In this document: positions 27,540 through 38,702 of the stretch, one piece after another
Layout of the letters: each line of letters starts with the position of its first letter
Position numbering within the stretch: the stretch's first letter is position 1
Assembly: GCA_965602015.1 (NCBI GenBank)
Contig: OZ271918.1
Location: forward strand, 256,001-320,000
DNA length: 64,000 bases
Reading direction: 5' to 3'
Origin: Salinispira sp.
GTDB taxonomy: Bacteria > Spirochaetota > Spirochaetia > DSM-27196 > Salinispiraceae
Translations under genes and position numbers: made by a program
Notes under the pieces: model-generated
Databases searched by the model: none
The model's input: the letters and a program-made list of their open reading frames with translations, nothing else
Told to the model about the DNA's origin: nothing

Positions 27540-28613
27540 TTGGGAAAGGAAGTCAGGGCGGTAGATGCGCGATATTTGGAAAAGATCCAGAGAAAACTGC
27601 AGAGGAGAATGCAATCAGGCAGCTTCAAGGTTCATCTCACTGCCTTTTTAGGTGTTAACGGCCTGCTCTTCCTCACCTGGCTGCTCACTCCGGGTATTCA
27701 TCCCTGGTTTCTCTATCCTGCCGGAGCCTGGGGTATTGGCCTGGCCCACCATTTTACCTCCCGCCTCAATCTAAAGAGAAGTTGGGAGGTCTTTTCGAAG
27801 CTGCCAAATCTCTCGAAGCCGACGGTGAAAAAAGTCAGGGCTATTCTGGCTAACCGCGGTGCCTTCAGGCAGCACGCCACCGCCGTGCTCGCCACTTCCG
27901 GTTTTCTGGGGATGATCAATGCCATTACCACTCCCTTTGGTTTTCAATGGTGGTTAATTCCCGGCGCAGCCATGGGAATGGGGCTGCTGATTCATCACAG
28001 CGCTGCCAGCCACCGGCGAAGAATAATGGAAATGGAACTTAAAGAACTCGAACAGGGAGCGGGAATCCCCGAGCTGATGACGCTGCCGGGGAGCGGGCAG
28101 GATACAGATGAAGCCCGGCGTCTGGTAGATGCCATCAGCGCTCAAATACGTTCCCGACCAGAGAGCTTTCCCGTCGACAGTGAGATGATTCTTTCCGATC
28201 TTCAGCGTTACCTCAAAGGCTACGATGATCTGGGTATTCGCAGAGATGAGCTGAGGAGCCTGTTAACAAGTCACTCAATAGACGCTCTCAGGCAGGAGCG
28301 CCGCGAGCTTCAGGCCAGCCTCGAAGAACAACCGCCTTCCGAAATCGCCGCGGAATACCGCCGGGGTATAGAAGCCCTGGAAAAACAGCTATCGACCCTG
28401 GAGGACCTTGCCGGGAAGCTGGAGGTGATCGAGTTGCAGCGCAGGACGCTCATCAATTCCTTGAGGCAAATACATCTCGACATTACCCGCTATCAGAGTA
28501 AAACCATCGACAAGCATCTTCCGGATATCCAGAAAGTGCACCGGGGACTTGATGACATATCGCGCTACCTGGAGGATTTTGAGAACAGTTACCGGGAAAT
28601 ATCAAAGTCCTGA
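27540..28613 (+). CDS. Membrane protein with two 2TM-like repeats and C-terminal coiled coil
   Basis: Two FxxHxxxxL...PWF/WW...GxGLxxH units; AGGAG RBS before TTG 27540 (the ORF-track start 27387 runs through the repeat). Confidence 0.65.
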   Translation: MGKEVRAVDARYLEKIQRKLQRRMQSGSFKVHLTAFLGVNGLLFLTWLLTPGIHPWFLYPAGAWGIGLAHHFTSRLNLKRSWEVFSKLPNLSKPTVKKVRAILANRGAFRQHATAVLATSGFLGMINAITTPFGFQWWLIPGAAMGMGLLIHHSAASHRRRIMEMELKELEQGAGIPELMTLPGSGQDTDEARRLVDAISAQIRSRPESFPVDSEMILSDLQRYLKGYDDLGIRRDELRSLLTSHSIDALRQERRELQASLEEQPPSEIAAEYRRGIEALEKQLSTLEDLAGKLEVIELQRRTLINSLRQIHLDITRYQSKTIDKHLPDIQKVHRGLDDISRYLEDFENSYREISKS

Positions 28614-28647
28614 TTCGCGCTGTGGATTTTTAGAGTCTTGGTGCTGG

Positions 28648-29754
28648 CTAAGGTATAAGGACGATTTTTCCTACATGCTCCCGCTGAAGCAGTAGCTTCT
28701 GCGCACTGACAATCTGCTCCAAGGGTAATGTGGCGCATACCCTGGGACGGATCTCCTCCGATTCGATATACCCGACAAGATTGGGAAAGACTTCCGGATC
28801 CCATGCGGTGGTGCCGATAATGCGAAGGTCCTTAAGGTAGATGTCCCGCAGATCGCTTTGCACTAGCGGTCCGGCTATTGCACCCGAACTGACCATTCGC
28901 CCGCCCCGTCGCAGCAGCATAGTGTTTTTTTCAAATTCCGGGCCCCCGACGTTGTCGACGATCAGGTCGGCGGTCTCGCTTCCAAGGATTTCGAGGAGGT
29001 CTTCATTCCTGCTGATTACCCGGTGGGCTCCGAGGGACCGGACTGATTCAATTTTACCAGGACTGGTGACTGCCACCACCCTGGCGTTGCGGCGCAGTGC
29101 CAGGCTAATGGCCGCAGAACCAACACCGCCGGAAGCACCTTTGATGATAACCGTTTCTCCTGCCCGGGGTCCCGCCCGGTGAAGCATGTTTTCCGCGGTC
29201 CCCCAGGCACAAGGCATGGCGCCTAATTCTTCATTGCTGAATGAAGAATCCACCGGAAAAACTTCGCTTGTCGGAGCCAGCACATATTCGGCAAAGGCGC
29301 CGTCAAAATCCGAACCCATCCATACGGTAACCTGAGAATCAAACCCGCGGCTGCGCATGCAGGATCTGACAAGAACTCGGTCGCCAACGCGAGGCTGTCG
29401 GCGGCCTGGGCTGGTCGGGGTTGGGCTCCGGCTGTGCTCATCCGATGCTTTAAAGCCCGAATAGATATCTACCACTTCTCCGCAGCAATCTGTCCCCTGG
29501 ATGAAGGGAAAGGGCGTAGGGGCGGACCAGCCGCCGTCCGCCGGGGCTCCTTTCTGCCTACTCTTCCCGTTTTCATCGGTTCCCGAGGAAACCTGGGAAG
29601 AGTACCAGCCGAGGCGGGTATTGATTTCCGTATTGTTGACCCCCGCAGCCAGCACGCGAATCAGCGTCGTACCGGGAAGGAGACGGGGAACCGGCACATC
29701 CCGGTACTCCAGCTTGTCAAATCCGCCGCCTTCCCGGGTTACCACTGCCTTCAT
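28648..29754 (-). CDS. MDR-family alcohol dehydrogenase / quinone oxidoreductase
   Basis: MKAVV...AAGVNNTE...PFIQGTDCCG...DGAFAEY...GASGGVGSAA...GKIVL. Confidence 0.88.
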   Translation of the reverse strand: MKAVVTREGGGFDKLEYRDVPVPRLLPGTTLIRVLAAGVNNTEINTRLGWYSSQVSSGTDENGKSRQKGAPADGGWSAPTPFPFIQGTDCCGEVVDIYSGFKASDEHSRSPTPTSPGRRQPRVGDRVLVRSCMRSRGFDSQVTVWMGSDFDGAFAEYVLAPTSEVFPVDSSFSNEELGAMPCAWGTAENMLHRAGPRAGETVIIKGASGGVGSAAISLALRRNARVVAVTSPGKIESVRSLGAHRVISRNEDLLEILGSETADLIVDNVGGPEFEKNTMLLRRGGRMVSSGAIAGPLVQSDLRDIYLKDLRIIGTTAWDPEVFPNLVGYIESEEIRPRVCATLPLEQIVSAQKLLLQREHVGKIVLIP

Positions 29755-29815
29755 TATCTCACCCTGACCTGCCTCAAACCGTCGGGGATCCGGGGGCAGG
29801 GCGAGGGGAAAGTCT

Positions 29816-30847
29816 TCAGTCCACATAGTACATTTCCTGCGATCCGGCCCCTTTGACATCGGTTTTTCCCCGGGGGCTGCAGGAAATCTCGTCCCGGACC
29901 AGTTTCCATGTAGACTCCGAGAGATTTATCTTCATGGGGCTCGATCCGGCTTCCATTCGGCTGGCGATATTCATGGCGTCGCCGAAAATATCGTATAGAT
30001 ACTTTTTCACTCCGACGATGCCGCCGATCACGTCTCCGCTGTTAATGCCGATGCGTATTTGCCAGTTGCAGTTCGCCGGGCTTTTGCGTGTGGAAAGATA
30101 GTCGATCATGTCTCTGCCGGCCTGTACAAGCCTGATGGCATGGTCGGGCGTCGGAGGGTGCATGCCGCAAACCGCAAGGTAGGCGTCGCCGATTGTCTTG
30201 ATTCGCTCGCAACCCCTTCGCTCCATAATCTCGTCGAAGGCCGTGTACATATCATTCAATTCGTCTATGAGGGTGCGGGGATCCAGCCCGTTGGTAACCG
30301 GCGTAAAGTCCACGAAGTCGGAGAACAGAATGCTCACATTTTCGAAGAGCTGGGGTTCTGCCTTGCCTGATTCCCTCAACTGGCGGGCGACTTCCGACGG
30401 CAGCACGTTGAGTAGCAGGCGCTCCGCCGCCGCCCGCTGAGCGTCCACTTCCGCCAGGGCGTTTCGAAGCCGCACATGGGTGCTGACCCGGGCGATCACC
30501 TCTTCTTCCCTGAAGGGCTTGGAAACGTAATCCACGGCCCCCGCCTTAAAGCCCCGGACCTTGTCATCGGTATCGCTGAGGGCGGAGATAAAAATCACAG
30601 GGATCTCCTGTGTGGATTCCCTTTCTTTAAGTTTGCCGATGGTCTCGAATCCGTCCATCTCGGGCATTTTAATATCGAGGAGGATAAGGTCGGGCTGGGC
30701 TTTCTCGGCTATTTCCAGGGCCCGGCGGCCATTTTTCGCCTGAAGGGGATAAAATCCGTTCTCCGTCAATGTTTCCGAAAGCACTTTTAGGTTTTCTTCA
30801 ATATCATCAACCACCAGAATGCGCGTCTTTTTGTCATCCATAGTCAA
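29816..30847 (-). CDS. Response regulator-adenylate cyclase (class III)
   Basis: REC (ILVVDD, LILLD, KPF) plus cyclase FSDFVDFT, KTIGDAY, YDIFGDAMNIASRME; Lys/Asp pair suggests ATP specificity. Confidence 0.92.
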   Translation of the reverse strand: MTMDDKKTRILVVDDIEENLKVLSETLTENGFYPLQAKNGRRALEIAEKAQPDLILLDIKMPEMDGFETIGKLKERESTQEIPVIFISALSDTDDKVRGFKAGAVDYVSKPFREEEVIARVSTHVRLRNALAEVDAQRAAAERLLLNVLPSEVARQLRESGKAEPQLFENVSILFSDFVDFTPVTNGLDPRTLIDELNDMYTAFDEIMERRGCERIKTIGDAYLAVCGMHPPTPDHAIRLVQAGRDMIDYLSTRKSPANCNWQIRIGINSGDVIGGIVGVKKYLYDIFGDAMNIASRMEAGSSPMKINLSESTWKLVRDEISCSPRGKTDVKGAGSQEMYYVD

Positions 30848-33597
30848 GCTCCCCCGATGTGATCGAGAATTTTTACAAGCCCGTCTTCATTAAAACCTCC
30901 AGCGAGCTGCCCAATTCGGTTCAAAAGATCTTCAGCGCCTGGGGCGTCCTGTTCATCAACCCACTGACGGATGCGGGTAAAATCATTAATCACCAGGGCA
31001 TCGGAAAAAATCTGTATCTGCTCATCGGGGATCAGCGCAGCCATTTGCCGGATATCTTCAGCTTTGAGCATACGGTCGGTTTTCCCCATATTCTCGGCAA
31101 GCTCTTCCCTGGCAAAGCTGAATCGGATGTCGCTGTGCTCTTCTATCAGGTTGAATAGCTGCTTCTGTTGGAACGGCTTTGCGAGAAAACCGTCAAAGCC
31201 GGATTCGCGGATCCGCTGCTCATCGTGCTTGAATGCGCTGGCGGTCAAGGCAAAGGTGACGATGTCCGCGGTCCGGGCATCGTCTTTTAAGACCCGGACA
31301 GCCTCATAACCGTCCATTACCGGCATTTTTATGTCCATAAAAATCACTTCCGGTTGATGTTCCACAGCCCGCTGGACCGCCTGCTCACCGTTCTCCGCTT
31401 CCATCACCGTAAAGCCGACTTTCTCGAGCATCTCTTTGAGAATAAGGCGATTGTCAGTTTTGTCATCGACAACCATGGTTTTCGGGTGCCTTCCGCCGGC
31501 CACGGACTCGACTTTTCCGCTATCCACCGGAGCTTTCGGGACCCCGCTGCTTGTTTTGAGCGGCAGACTGAAACTGAACGTGCTCCCGTTGCCAGGGGCT
31601 GATTCCAGGCTCAGGGTGCCTCCCATCATCTCGATGAAGCGGCTGGAAATGGCAAGGCCCAAACCTGTTCCGCCTTCGTGGTCGCTGTCCGAGGCCTGGG
31701 TAAATGGCTTGAGTATCTGCTTCTGGTCCTCCGGGGAGATGCCCTTTCCGCTGTCCTTGACGGAAAACCGTATACCTCCGGAATCTACTCCAACCGCGAC
31801 GGCGATGCCGCCGTCTGAGGTAAACTTCACCGCATTACCCAGTAGGTTGATCATGATTTGCCGCAGTTTACCCAAATCTCCGCTGACGTTTTGCGGCAAA
31901 TCGCCTATATATTCCACATAGAAGGACAGGTTCTTCTGTCGGCATTTTATGGAAAACATATCTTCCATATCCGTGACGAAGTCCCGAAGGTTGAACACCG
32001 TCTCGTTAATTTCGAATTTGCCCGCCTCGATCTTTGAAATATCGAGGATATCGTTTATCAGCGCCAAAAGATGCTCGCCGCTGTTTGAAATAGTTTTAAT
32101 TTTGCCCAGCTGATTATCCGTAAGATTTCGGTCGTCAGCCATGAGTTGGGTGTAGCCGAGAATGGCGTTTAGCGGGGTGCGCAGTTCATGGCTCATGTTC
32201 GCAAGGAACTCGCTTTTCATCCGGTTTGCGGTTTCCGCCGCATTGCGTGCTTCTGTGAGGCCCTGCTCGTATTCCAGTTGTTTCCTGATATCCCTGATAA
32301 CCACTGTGAAGAACTCCCGGTCTGCCCCGTTGCTCTTGCTGTAATTCGCTTCGACGGGGATAATCTCACCGGTGATGCTTCGGATATGCATTCTCTTGAG
32401 CCCGGCGTCTGCGTGTTCAAGAAAATCAAAAAACGGCTGGCATCCGCAATCTCCGGAACCGGGAACGAAATCTGTCGGGGTGAGATACTCGGTGAGATCG
32501 CGGCCGAGCATATGCCCCTCCTCCCAGCCGAAGAGCTTTTCGGCTGCAGGGTTGAACAGGGAGATTCTGGCGTCATCGTCAAAGGCGATGATGGCATCGG
32601 CAGCATTGTGAATAATCGTATCAAGACGCTGCCTGCTGCTGGCAAGTTCGGTCTGCTGGCGGGCAATGAGGGTATTGATTTCCCGGTACACTGTGTTGAA
32701 CTCGTTGTTGTTGATGATGTCGATCTTGCTGATCCGTCCGGCATCCCTCCGGTTGAGGTCCTTTAGGTGCTCCTGAATCGTCATAAGAGGATCTCTTATC
32801 TGCCTCTTTAACATGGCGATAATTTGCCCAGCCATGGCGAAGAAAATGAGGGATCTGATGATAAAGACCTGCATGGTACCCCGGAGGGCCTCCATCTGCG
32901 CCGTCATGTTTAAAAACTCTCTGGTATCCAGGAAATTCAGCCCCATGGGAGGCAGATTCTGCTCGCCGAGAAGCAGGAAATTCGATGCGATCTCCATCAC
33001 CTGGATAATAAGAAAGAAGAGCATGGCGAGAATGGCGCTTACCAGAGTCATAAAAAACGTGCGGTAGCGCTGTGGAATCTCCGGGGCGGCGAGGATGACC
33101 TCCCGTTTTACTGGGAACAGGACGCTGTCGAGATTCAAGGTGATCAGGGTCGAGGTGAACAAGCCGGCTGAGAGGGCTTCGATGAGCAGGTACCACGATC
33201 CCGGCCCGGTGAAACGGATCTCCGGATCCAGTATCAATGTCGCAAGGGTTCCAAGAAAAAACCCGCCCACGGAAAGCAGGGCGATAAAACGCGGCATCAT
33301 GTTAATCACAGCCACGGCCCTCTCGGCCTCCAGCCGGGTATGCCTGTGGCCCGAGCCGGTTGTGCGAAGGAAGTGAAATACCGGAGCAAGGAAAAGACTA
33401 CTTATTACAGTGGTTGCCAGGAGGATGGCCCAGGCGGAGAGGGCTTCCTCACCTAAGAGCAGATAATCCACGGCGTTTTGCCATGCTTCGCTTAGGCTGC
33501 TTCCCACGAAACCGACGAAAAAAATCACCGTCAGTGGAGAAAGGATTATTGTAAGCAGGTAACGAGCCAGTACTGGTTTGAATTCTGCGTGTTTCAT
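30844..33597 (-). CDS. Membrane hybrid sensor histidine kinase (PAS-HisKA-HATPase-REC)
   Basis: [39 protein letters not shown]. Confidence 0.93.
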   Translation of the reverse strand: MKHAEFKPVLARYLLTIILSPLTVIFFVGFVGSSLSEAWQNAVDYLLLGEEALSAWAILLATTVISSLFLAPVFHFLRTTGSGHRHTRLEAERAVAVINMMPRFIALLSVGGFFLGTLATLILDPEIRFTGPGSWYLLIEALSAGLFTSTLITLNLDSVLFPVKREVILAAPEIPQRYRTFFMTLVSAILAMLFFLIIQVMEIASNFLLLGEQNLPPMGLNFLDTREFLNMTAQMEALRGTMQVFIIRSLIFFAMAGQIIAMLKRQIRDPLMTIQEHLKDLNRRDAGRISKIDIINNNEFNTVYREINTLIARQQTELASSRQRLDTIIHNAADAIIAFDDDARISLFNPAAEKLFGWEEGHMLGRDLTEYLTPTDFVPGSGDCGCQPFFDFLEHADAGLKRMHIRSITGEIIPVEANYSKSNGADREFFTVVIRDIRKQLEYEQGLTEARNAAETANRMKSEFLANMSHELRTPLNAILGYTQLMADDRNLTDNQLGKIKTISNSGEHLLALINDILDISKIEAGKFEINETVFNLRDFVTDMEDMFSIKCRQKNLSFYVEYIGDLPQNVSGDLGKLRQIMINLLGNAVKFTSDGGIAVAVGVDSGGIRFSVKDSGKGISPEDQKQILKPFTQASDSDHEGGTGLGLAISSRFIEMMGGTLSLESAPGNGSTFSFSLPLKTSSGVPKAPVDSGKVESVAGGRHPKTMVVDDKTDNRLILKEMLEKVGFTVMEAENGEQAVQRAVEHQPEVIFMDIKMPVMDGYEAVRVLKDDARTADIVTFALTASAFKHDEQRIRESGFDGFLAKPFQQKQLFNLIEEHSDIRFSFAREELAENMGKTDRMLKAEDIRQMAALIPDEQIQIFSDALVINDFTRIRQWVDEQDAPGAEDLLNRIGQLAGGFNEDGLVKILDHIGGA

Positions 33598-33800
33598 CAA
33601 GCCTCCGGAAACCCCCTGCGGCACAAAACCAACCTGCGATTCAATTTCAACAAGCTTTGGGGTACTGTATAAGTGTAACACCCGAGGATGGCGGCCGCCA
33701 AAGAAAAAGCCCGGCGGGCCGGCCTTTTGAAGACCGGAGCGCTGGTGTATACTGCCAGTCTCGAGCCCGTCGTCGGGCTGATGGCAGAGGAGGACAGCTC

Positions 33801-34400
33801 ATGGTTACGGTTATCGGGATTTCCGGCGGGTCGGGATCGGGAAAGACCACCATCGTCAAAAAAATATCCGAGGTTCATCCCGATCTGGTCTGTCTACCCC
33901 AGGATAATTACTACCGCTCTGCGGAGTACATAAATAATGAAAACATAACCGCATTTAATTTTGATCATCCAGCGGCTTTCGACACCGATCTCATTGTCGA
34001 ACATCTCGCTGCCCTGCGGCGTGGCAAGACCATAGAAATGCCCATTTACGATTTTGTCAATCACCGTCGACGCAAGGAAACCGTTACCGTCGAGCCCCGC
34101 AAGGTGGTGATTTTTGAGGGCATAATGGTGTACTTCGACAAACGGGTACGGGATCTCATAGATTTGAAAATATTCGTCGACACGCCGGATGATATCCGGT
34201 TTATACGCCGAATGCGCCGGGATATTCATGACCGGGGCCGCACTATGGATTCGGTAATTACCCAGTATCTCGAAGTTGTGAGGCCCGGGCACTATGAGTT
34301 CATTGAACCGACCAAGGCCTTCGCCGATCTCATCGTTCCCGAGGGGGGAATGAATGAAATGGCCCTGGAGGTCCTCAGCGCTTTTCTGAAGCAGATATAG
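33801..34400 (+). CDS. udk: Uridine kinase
   Basis: [45 protein letters not shown]. Confidence 0.95.
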   Translation: MVTVIGISGGSGSGKTTIVKKISEVHPDLVCLPQDNYYRSAEYINNENITAFNFDHPAAFDTDLIVEHLAALRRGKTIEMPIYDFVNHRRRKETVTVEPRKVVIFEGIMVYFDKRVRDLIDLKIFVDTPDDIRFIRRMRRDIHDRGRTMDSVITQYLEVVRPGHYEFIEPTKAFADLIVPEGGMNEMALEVLSAFLKQI

Positions 34401-34403
34401 GCG

Positions 34404-35144
34404 ATGAACGTCTGTATGTTCCACCCCGGGGAATGGGGGCGGCCGCTGACTCCTGATGACCGGCGCAGGAAGCATATTGTTGAGTTTCTGGGCCTTGGAC
34501 CGGGGGACAGTTTGCGTTGCGGGTTGATGGGCACCGGCGTCGGGACCGCCCGGATAATCGGAAATCCCCGGTCCCCGGGCAATCTCGAGCTGGACTTTCC
34601 CTCGATCGATACCCTCATTAGGAAAACCGGCCGGGACATCACCATCATAATAGGCCACCCCCGGCCGCCGGTTTTTCAGCGGCTGCTCAAGGACCTATGC
34701 TCCATGGGTATCGCCAAAATCTTCTGGGTAAAAAGCGAACTCACAGAAAAGAGCTACCTGGCAAGCAAGGTCTGGAATGATACCGCCATAGAGCGACAAA
34801 TAATCCTCGGCCTGGAACAGGGTGGCATGAGCCGCCCTCCCCGCATAGGCAAATACTACAGCCTCCACCGCTGTCTCCAGGATATCTGTGGTGAAGATCA
34901 CGGACCGGGAATCGTACTTCATGCCCAGACCGGGGCTCCCGGATTGCCCGACGCTCTTGAACCCTCCGGGAGCGGACCCGTGGTCTTGGCCGTTGGGCCG
35001 GAGAGGGGCTGGACCGCCGCGGAAGTCGAAGAAATGGCCGCTTGCGGCTTTACTGTAGCCGGACTCGGCCCGGCCATATTGCGCAGTGAAAACGCGGCGG
35101 TGCTCGCCGTCGGACTTGCGAATATGAGGGTTCCAACCCCCTGA
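34404..35144 (+). CDS. rsmE: 16S rRNA m3U1498 methyltransferase (SPOUT)
   Basis: VGPERGW, LGPAILRSENA. Confidence 0.85.
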   Translation: MNVCMFHPGEWGRPLTPDDRRRKHIVEFLGLGPGDSLRCGLMGTGVGTARIIGNPRSPGNLELDFPSIDTLIRKTGRDITIIIGHPRPPVFQRLLKDLCSMGIAKIFWVKSELTEKSYLASKVWNDTAIERQIILGLEQGGMSRPPRIGKYYSLHRCLQDICGEDHGPGIVLHAQTGAPGLPDALEPSGSGPVVLAVGPERGWTAAEVEEMAACGFTVAGLGPAILRSENAAVLAVGLANMRVPTP

Positions 35145-35155
35145 TCGGAGGAGAC

Positions 35156-36685
35156 ATGTCAAAGGTCAATGTGGAAAAGCGGATTAAGCGTCACGTGCGC
35201 CCGGCGGATCACCGCATAGCGGCGATCTGTCATCCGGATATCGACGATCTTGCGCTTGAGGAGCTCACGGGTCACGGATTTGCTGCGGAAAGGGAATCGC
35301 CCGGCGTTTTGATATTTACCGGAAAAATTACGGATGTCTACCGGGCACATCTACTGTGCCGAATCCCCGTATCATTCCGCGTGCGCCTGCTTTCCTTTCG
35401 CTGCGGAAGCCGGGAAGATCTGTTCCGCCATCTACGGTCATTCAGCTGGGAGTATTGGCTTCGTTCCGATCGGGCATTTTCGGTAAAACTCACCAGCCGC
35501 GAAAGCCGCATCCACCACGACGGACGGGCCGGGCAAAGCGTCTGGAAGGCAATCACCGGCAGAATGGCGGATTTTTTCCCCGGGGATTCGGGACAACGCG
35601 GCGCGGGCGGGGCAGGTAGCAGTGGAAGCACCGAGGGATCAGCCGATGCAATGGCATATAAAAATGCGGAGGCAAAGCCAGAGGCAAAGACAGAGGCAAA
35701 GACAGAGGCAAAGACCGAAGCAAAGACTGTAACAAAGACCGAAGCAACGGACGAAGCTTCCGATGAGGGATTGGAGCACGCAGCTCAAAAAAGACCGAAA
35801 ACAGTTTCTCTCGCCCCCCAAAAAATCTATGTGCAAATCCACGGAACCCGGGCGACAGTCTCGCTGGACGCCACCGGGGAGCTGCTGTACCGCCGGGGAT
35901 GGGGAGCGAAACAGGGACGGGCCCCTTTACGGGAAAATCTTGCGGCGGCCATGTTCGCCGCCGCCCCGTTTGAAATTTCCGGATCTCTTGTTGATGCGTT
36001 CTCTGGCAGCGGCACCCTGCTGTTCGAGTCGATACTCAGCACGGCAAAACTGGCTCCTGCTCCGGTCAGGGATTTTGCCTTATGCGCCTGGCCGGTTTTC
36101 TCTTCTCCGGCCTGGGAACACATGCGCGGGGAACTGATGGGCGAAAATTGCCGGCGTATAGAAGCGCTTGGGTGTACTGAATACCACGGGATTGAAATTG
36201 ATCCCGAGATCTTTGGCTTGCTCCGAGCCAATGCTTCGGCATTCCTCAAATCCCGTTGCTGTGGTGATCACACAAGCTTTCAATCCGGTGATGATCTGCA
36301 GATGAGAATCAGCGATTCGGGATTGATATTGGGTCTCCACAACTGCGATTTTTTTGCCTGGGTTTATCAGATAATCAGTCGGACACGTGGCGGTCAGGCA
36401 GCGGACAGTATCGGCGGCGAATCTCCAGGCATCATCCTGGCCAATCCTCCGTACAACTGGCGCATAGAAAAAGGCCCCGGTCTGTATTCCCGTCTGTGGA
36501 ATTTGCTTATCAATTTGATACCGGAATGGAGGGCAATAATAATCATTCCCCTCGATGAAGCCGGCCGGCCCGCACTGGAAGGAGGGGACCGCATTCCTCC
36601 TGAGCTTCTTGGACGGTCGCTTCGACGTGACTTCCCTCACGGCGGGCGCCGAGTCTCGGTTCTCTATGTTTCGCCCGCGAGATAA
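35156..36685 (+). CDS. THUMP-domain SAM-dependent RNA methyltransferase (RlmL-like)
   Basis: SLDATGELLYRRG, APLRENLAAAM, DAFSGSGTLLFE, ANPPY. Confidence 0.82.
   Translation: MSKVNVEKRIKRHVRPADHRIAAICHPDIDDLALEELTGHGFAAERESPGVLIFTGKITDVYRAHLLCRIPVSFRVRLLSFRCGSREDLFRHLRSFSWEYWLRSDRAFSVKLTSRESRIHHDGRAGQSVWKAITGRMADFFPGDSGQRGAGGAGSSGSTEGSADAMAYKNAEAKPEAKTEAKTEAKTEAKTVTKTEATDEASDEGLEHAAQKRPKTVSLAPQKIYVQIHGTRATVSLDATGELLYRRGWGAKQGRAPLRENLAAAMFAAAPFEISGSLVDAFSGSGTLLFESILSTAKLAPAPVRDFALCAWPVFSSPAWEHMRGELMGENCRRIEALGCTEYHGIEIDPEIFGLLRANASAFLKSRCCGDHTSFQSGDDLQMRISDSGLILGLHNCDFFAWVYQIISRTRGGQAADSIGGESPGIILANPPYNWRIEKGPGLYSRLWNLLINLIPEWRAIIIIPLDEAGRPALEGGDRIPPELLGRSLRRDFPHGGRRVSVLYVSPAR
35669..35752 (+). 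repeat. In-frame 12-bp tandem repeat (about 7 units, EAKT)
   Basis: GAGGCAAAGCCA, GAGGCAAAGACA x2, GAGGCAAAGACC, then degenerate units. Confidence 0.85.
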
Positions 36686-36791
36686 TTCTTTATTTTTTCT
36701 CTAACCATTAGTACAATCGAAGCATTCCCGGTCCGGACGAAGCCGCTGCACGTTCCTGTCTAGCCGCCGGGAAAAATCACATACAAATTGG

Positions 36792-37781
36792 ATGGATATT
36801 ATGAATCGAGTACGTGTCGCAGTAACCGGCGCCGCCGGTCAAATTGGATATGCCCTGCTGTTCAGGATCGCATCGGGACAGATGTTCGGTCCCGAAACAG
36901 AAGTAGATCTCAACCTTCTCGAACTCGAACAGGCCCTTCCCGCCCTTCGAGGGGTGGTTATGGAACTCGAGGATTGCGCATTCCCGCTGCTGCGCTCGGT
37001 AACTCCCAGCAGCGATATGAATGTGGCATTTAAAGATGCCGATTGGGCCCTTCTGGTGGGATCGGTGCCCCGTAAAGCGGGAATGGAACGGGCCGATCTG
37101 CTAAAAATTAACGGCGGTATCTTCGTCGGACAGGGAAAGGCCATAGCGGCACATGCGAAACCGGGCTGCAAAACCCTTGTTGTGGGAAATCCCTGCAACA
37201 CCAACTCCTTCGTGGCAAAATCCGTCGCCGAGGGTATGGATCCCGGGAACTTTTTTGCCATGACCATGCTCGACCAAAACCGTGCGGTTACCCAGTTGGC
37301 CCAGAAAGCCGGAGTTCCCGTCTCTGAGGTCAGCAATCTTGCGATTTGGGGTAATCATTCACCGACAATGTACCCCGATTTCTCCAACGCCCGCATTTCA
37401 GGCAAGCCGGTCGGCGAAGTTATCGACGATAGTGCATGGCTCGAAGGAGAGTTCCTCACGACAGTGCAAAAACGGGGTGCAGCAATCATCCAGGCCCGGG
37501 GAGCTTCCTCCGCCGCCTCCGCCGCAAATGCCGTGGTGGATACGGTGCGAAACCTGGTCAACCCGACTCCCGAGGGAGAGTTTTTCTCCCTGGCAGTCTC
37601 ATCCGATGGCAGTTACGGCGTCCCCGAAGGAATTATGTTCAGTTTTCCGGTGCGAAGTGATGGCGCCGACTGGAGCATAGTACAGGGCCTGAATCACGGC
37701 GATTTCGGCAAGGAGAAACTGCGGGTCACCACAGAGGAGCTTCTTTCCGAGCGCGAAGCGGTTTCCGAACTGCTTTCCTAA
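36792..37781 (+). CDS. mdh: Malate dehydrogenase
   Basis: [58 protein letters not shown]. Confidence 0.97.
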   Translation: MDIMNRVRVAVTGAAGQIGYALLFRIASGQMFGPETEVDLNLLELEQALPALRGVVMELEDCAFPLLRSVTPSSDMNVAFKDADWALLVGSVPRKAGMERADLLKINGGIFVGQGKAIAAHAKPGCKTLVVGNPCNTNSFVAKSVAEGMDPGNFFAMTMLDQNRAVTQLAQKAGVPVSEVSNLAIWGNHSPTMYPDFSNARISGKPVGEVIDDSAWLEGEFLTTVQKRGAAIIQARGASSAASAANAVVDTVRNLVNPTPEGEFFSLAVSSDGSYGVPEGIMFSFPVRSDGADWSIVQGLNHGDFGKEKLRVTTEELLSEREAVSELLS

Positions 37782-37830
37782 GGCCTGAAGAGGTGCCGGG
37801 TACTTCCTCGCCAAACGCAGGCAGTGTCTC

Positions 37831-38664
37831 GTGAGCGCGAGAAAGGGCATTCGCTACCCATCGGGCCTCAAGGCCGGTCAGGTGCTTCTCGGTTTTCCCT
37901 GGGCGAGTCTGCGCCTGCTTGCTTTGACCGTATGGTTATCCGTCGGACTATTTTTTATGGCGTTTCTGAGGGCGTTCGGCCTCATTGGCGGAGAGCGGGG
38001 TGTGGGCCTCCGCCGCCGGGTCGCCAGGATAATTGCCCGGGGAACTCTGGTAATAATGGGCGTCAAACTGCGACGCCGGGGCAGGGCTCCTGAAGCGCCA
38101 TTCTTTTTGGTGGCAAATCACCTAAGCTGGCTCGATTCCATTGTTTTCATGGCCGAGTCGGCTGCAGTATTCGTGGCCATGGACGAAATCCGGCGGATGC
38201 CCTTTCTGGGGATTCTTGTCGACAGTTTCGGAGTCGTGTTTATCCGGAGGCGCAGCTTACGGGATATCGGCGCGGTGTCTCGGAAGATCCTGTCCGCCAT
38301 GGATCGGGGAGACGGGGTGATGGTTTTCCCCGAAGGAGATACCAGCGTCGGGCATGAGTTGCTGCCCTTCAGTTCTGCCCTGCTGCAGCAGGCTGTTGAG
38401 CAAAAACAGCCGGTACATGCGGCGGCCTTGGCATTTTTCTCGTCTCCCGGCTGGCCTGACGCTTCAGTGATGGTTGCCTGGGCGGATTGGACGCCGATAT
38501 TTGTGCATATCGCCCGAATGCTTCTGATGCCCCGGGTAAGCGCCTGTATTTCCTACCCGACGCCGGCTCTTAGGGGTACCAGCCGGGGAGAGCTTGCCCG
38601 GGACCTGCGACAGCAGATAGCAAACGAGCTAAAAATTATACAGCCGAAGTTCGCTGACAATTAA
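37831..38664 (+). CDS. PlsC-type lysophospholipid acyltransferase
   Basis: NHLSWLD (HX4D), FIRR, FPEG. Confidence 0.88.
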   Translation: MSARKGIRYPSGLKAGQVLLGFPWASLRLLALTVWLSVGLFFMAFLRAFGLIGGERGVGLRRRVARIIARGTLVIMGVKLRRRGRAPEAPFFLVANHLSWLDSIVFMAESAAVFVAMDEIRRMPFLGILVDSFGVVFIRRRSLRDIGAVSRKILSAMDRGDGVMVFPEGDTSVGHELLPFSSALLQQAVEQKQPVHAAALAFFSSPGWPDASVMVAWADWTPIFVHIARMLLMPRVSACISYPTPALRGTSRGELARDLRQQIANELKIIQPKFADN

Positions 38665-38702
38665 AAATGATCGGGCCGTAGCAGTGCCCCTCTGTGAACC
38701 GA

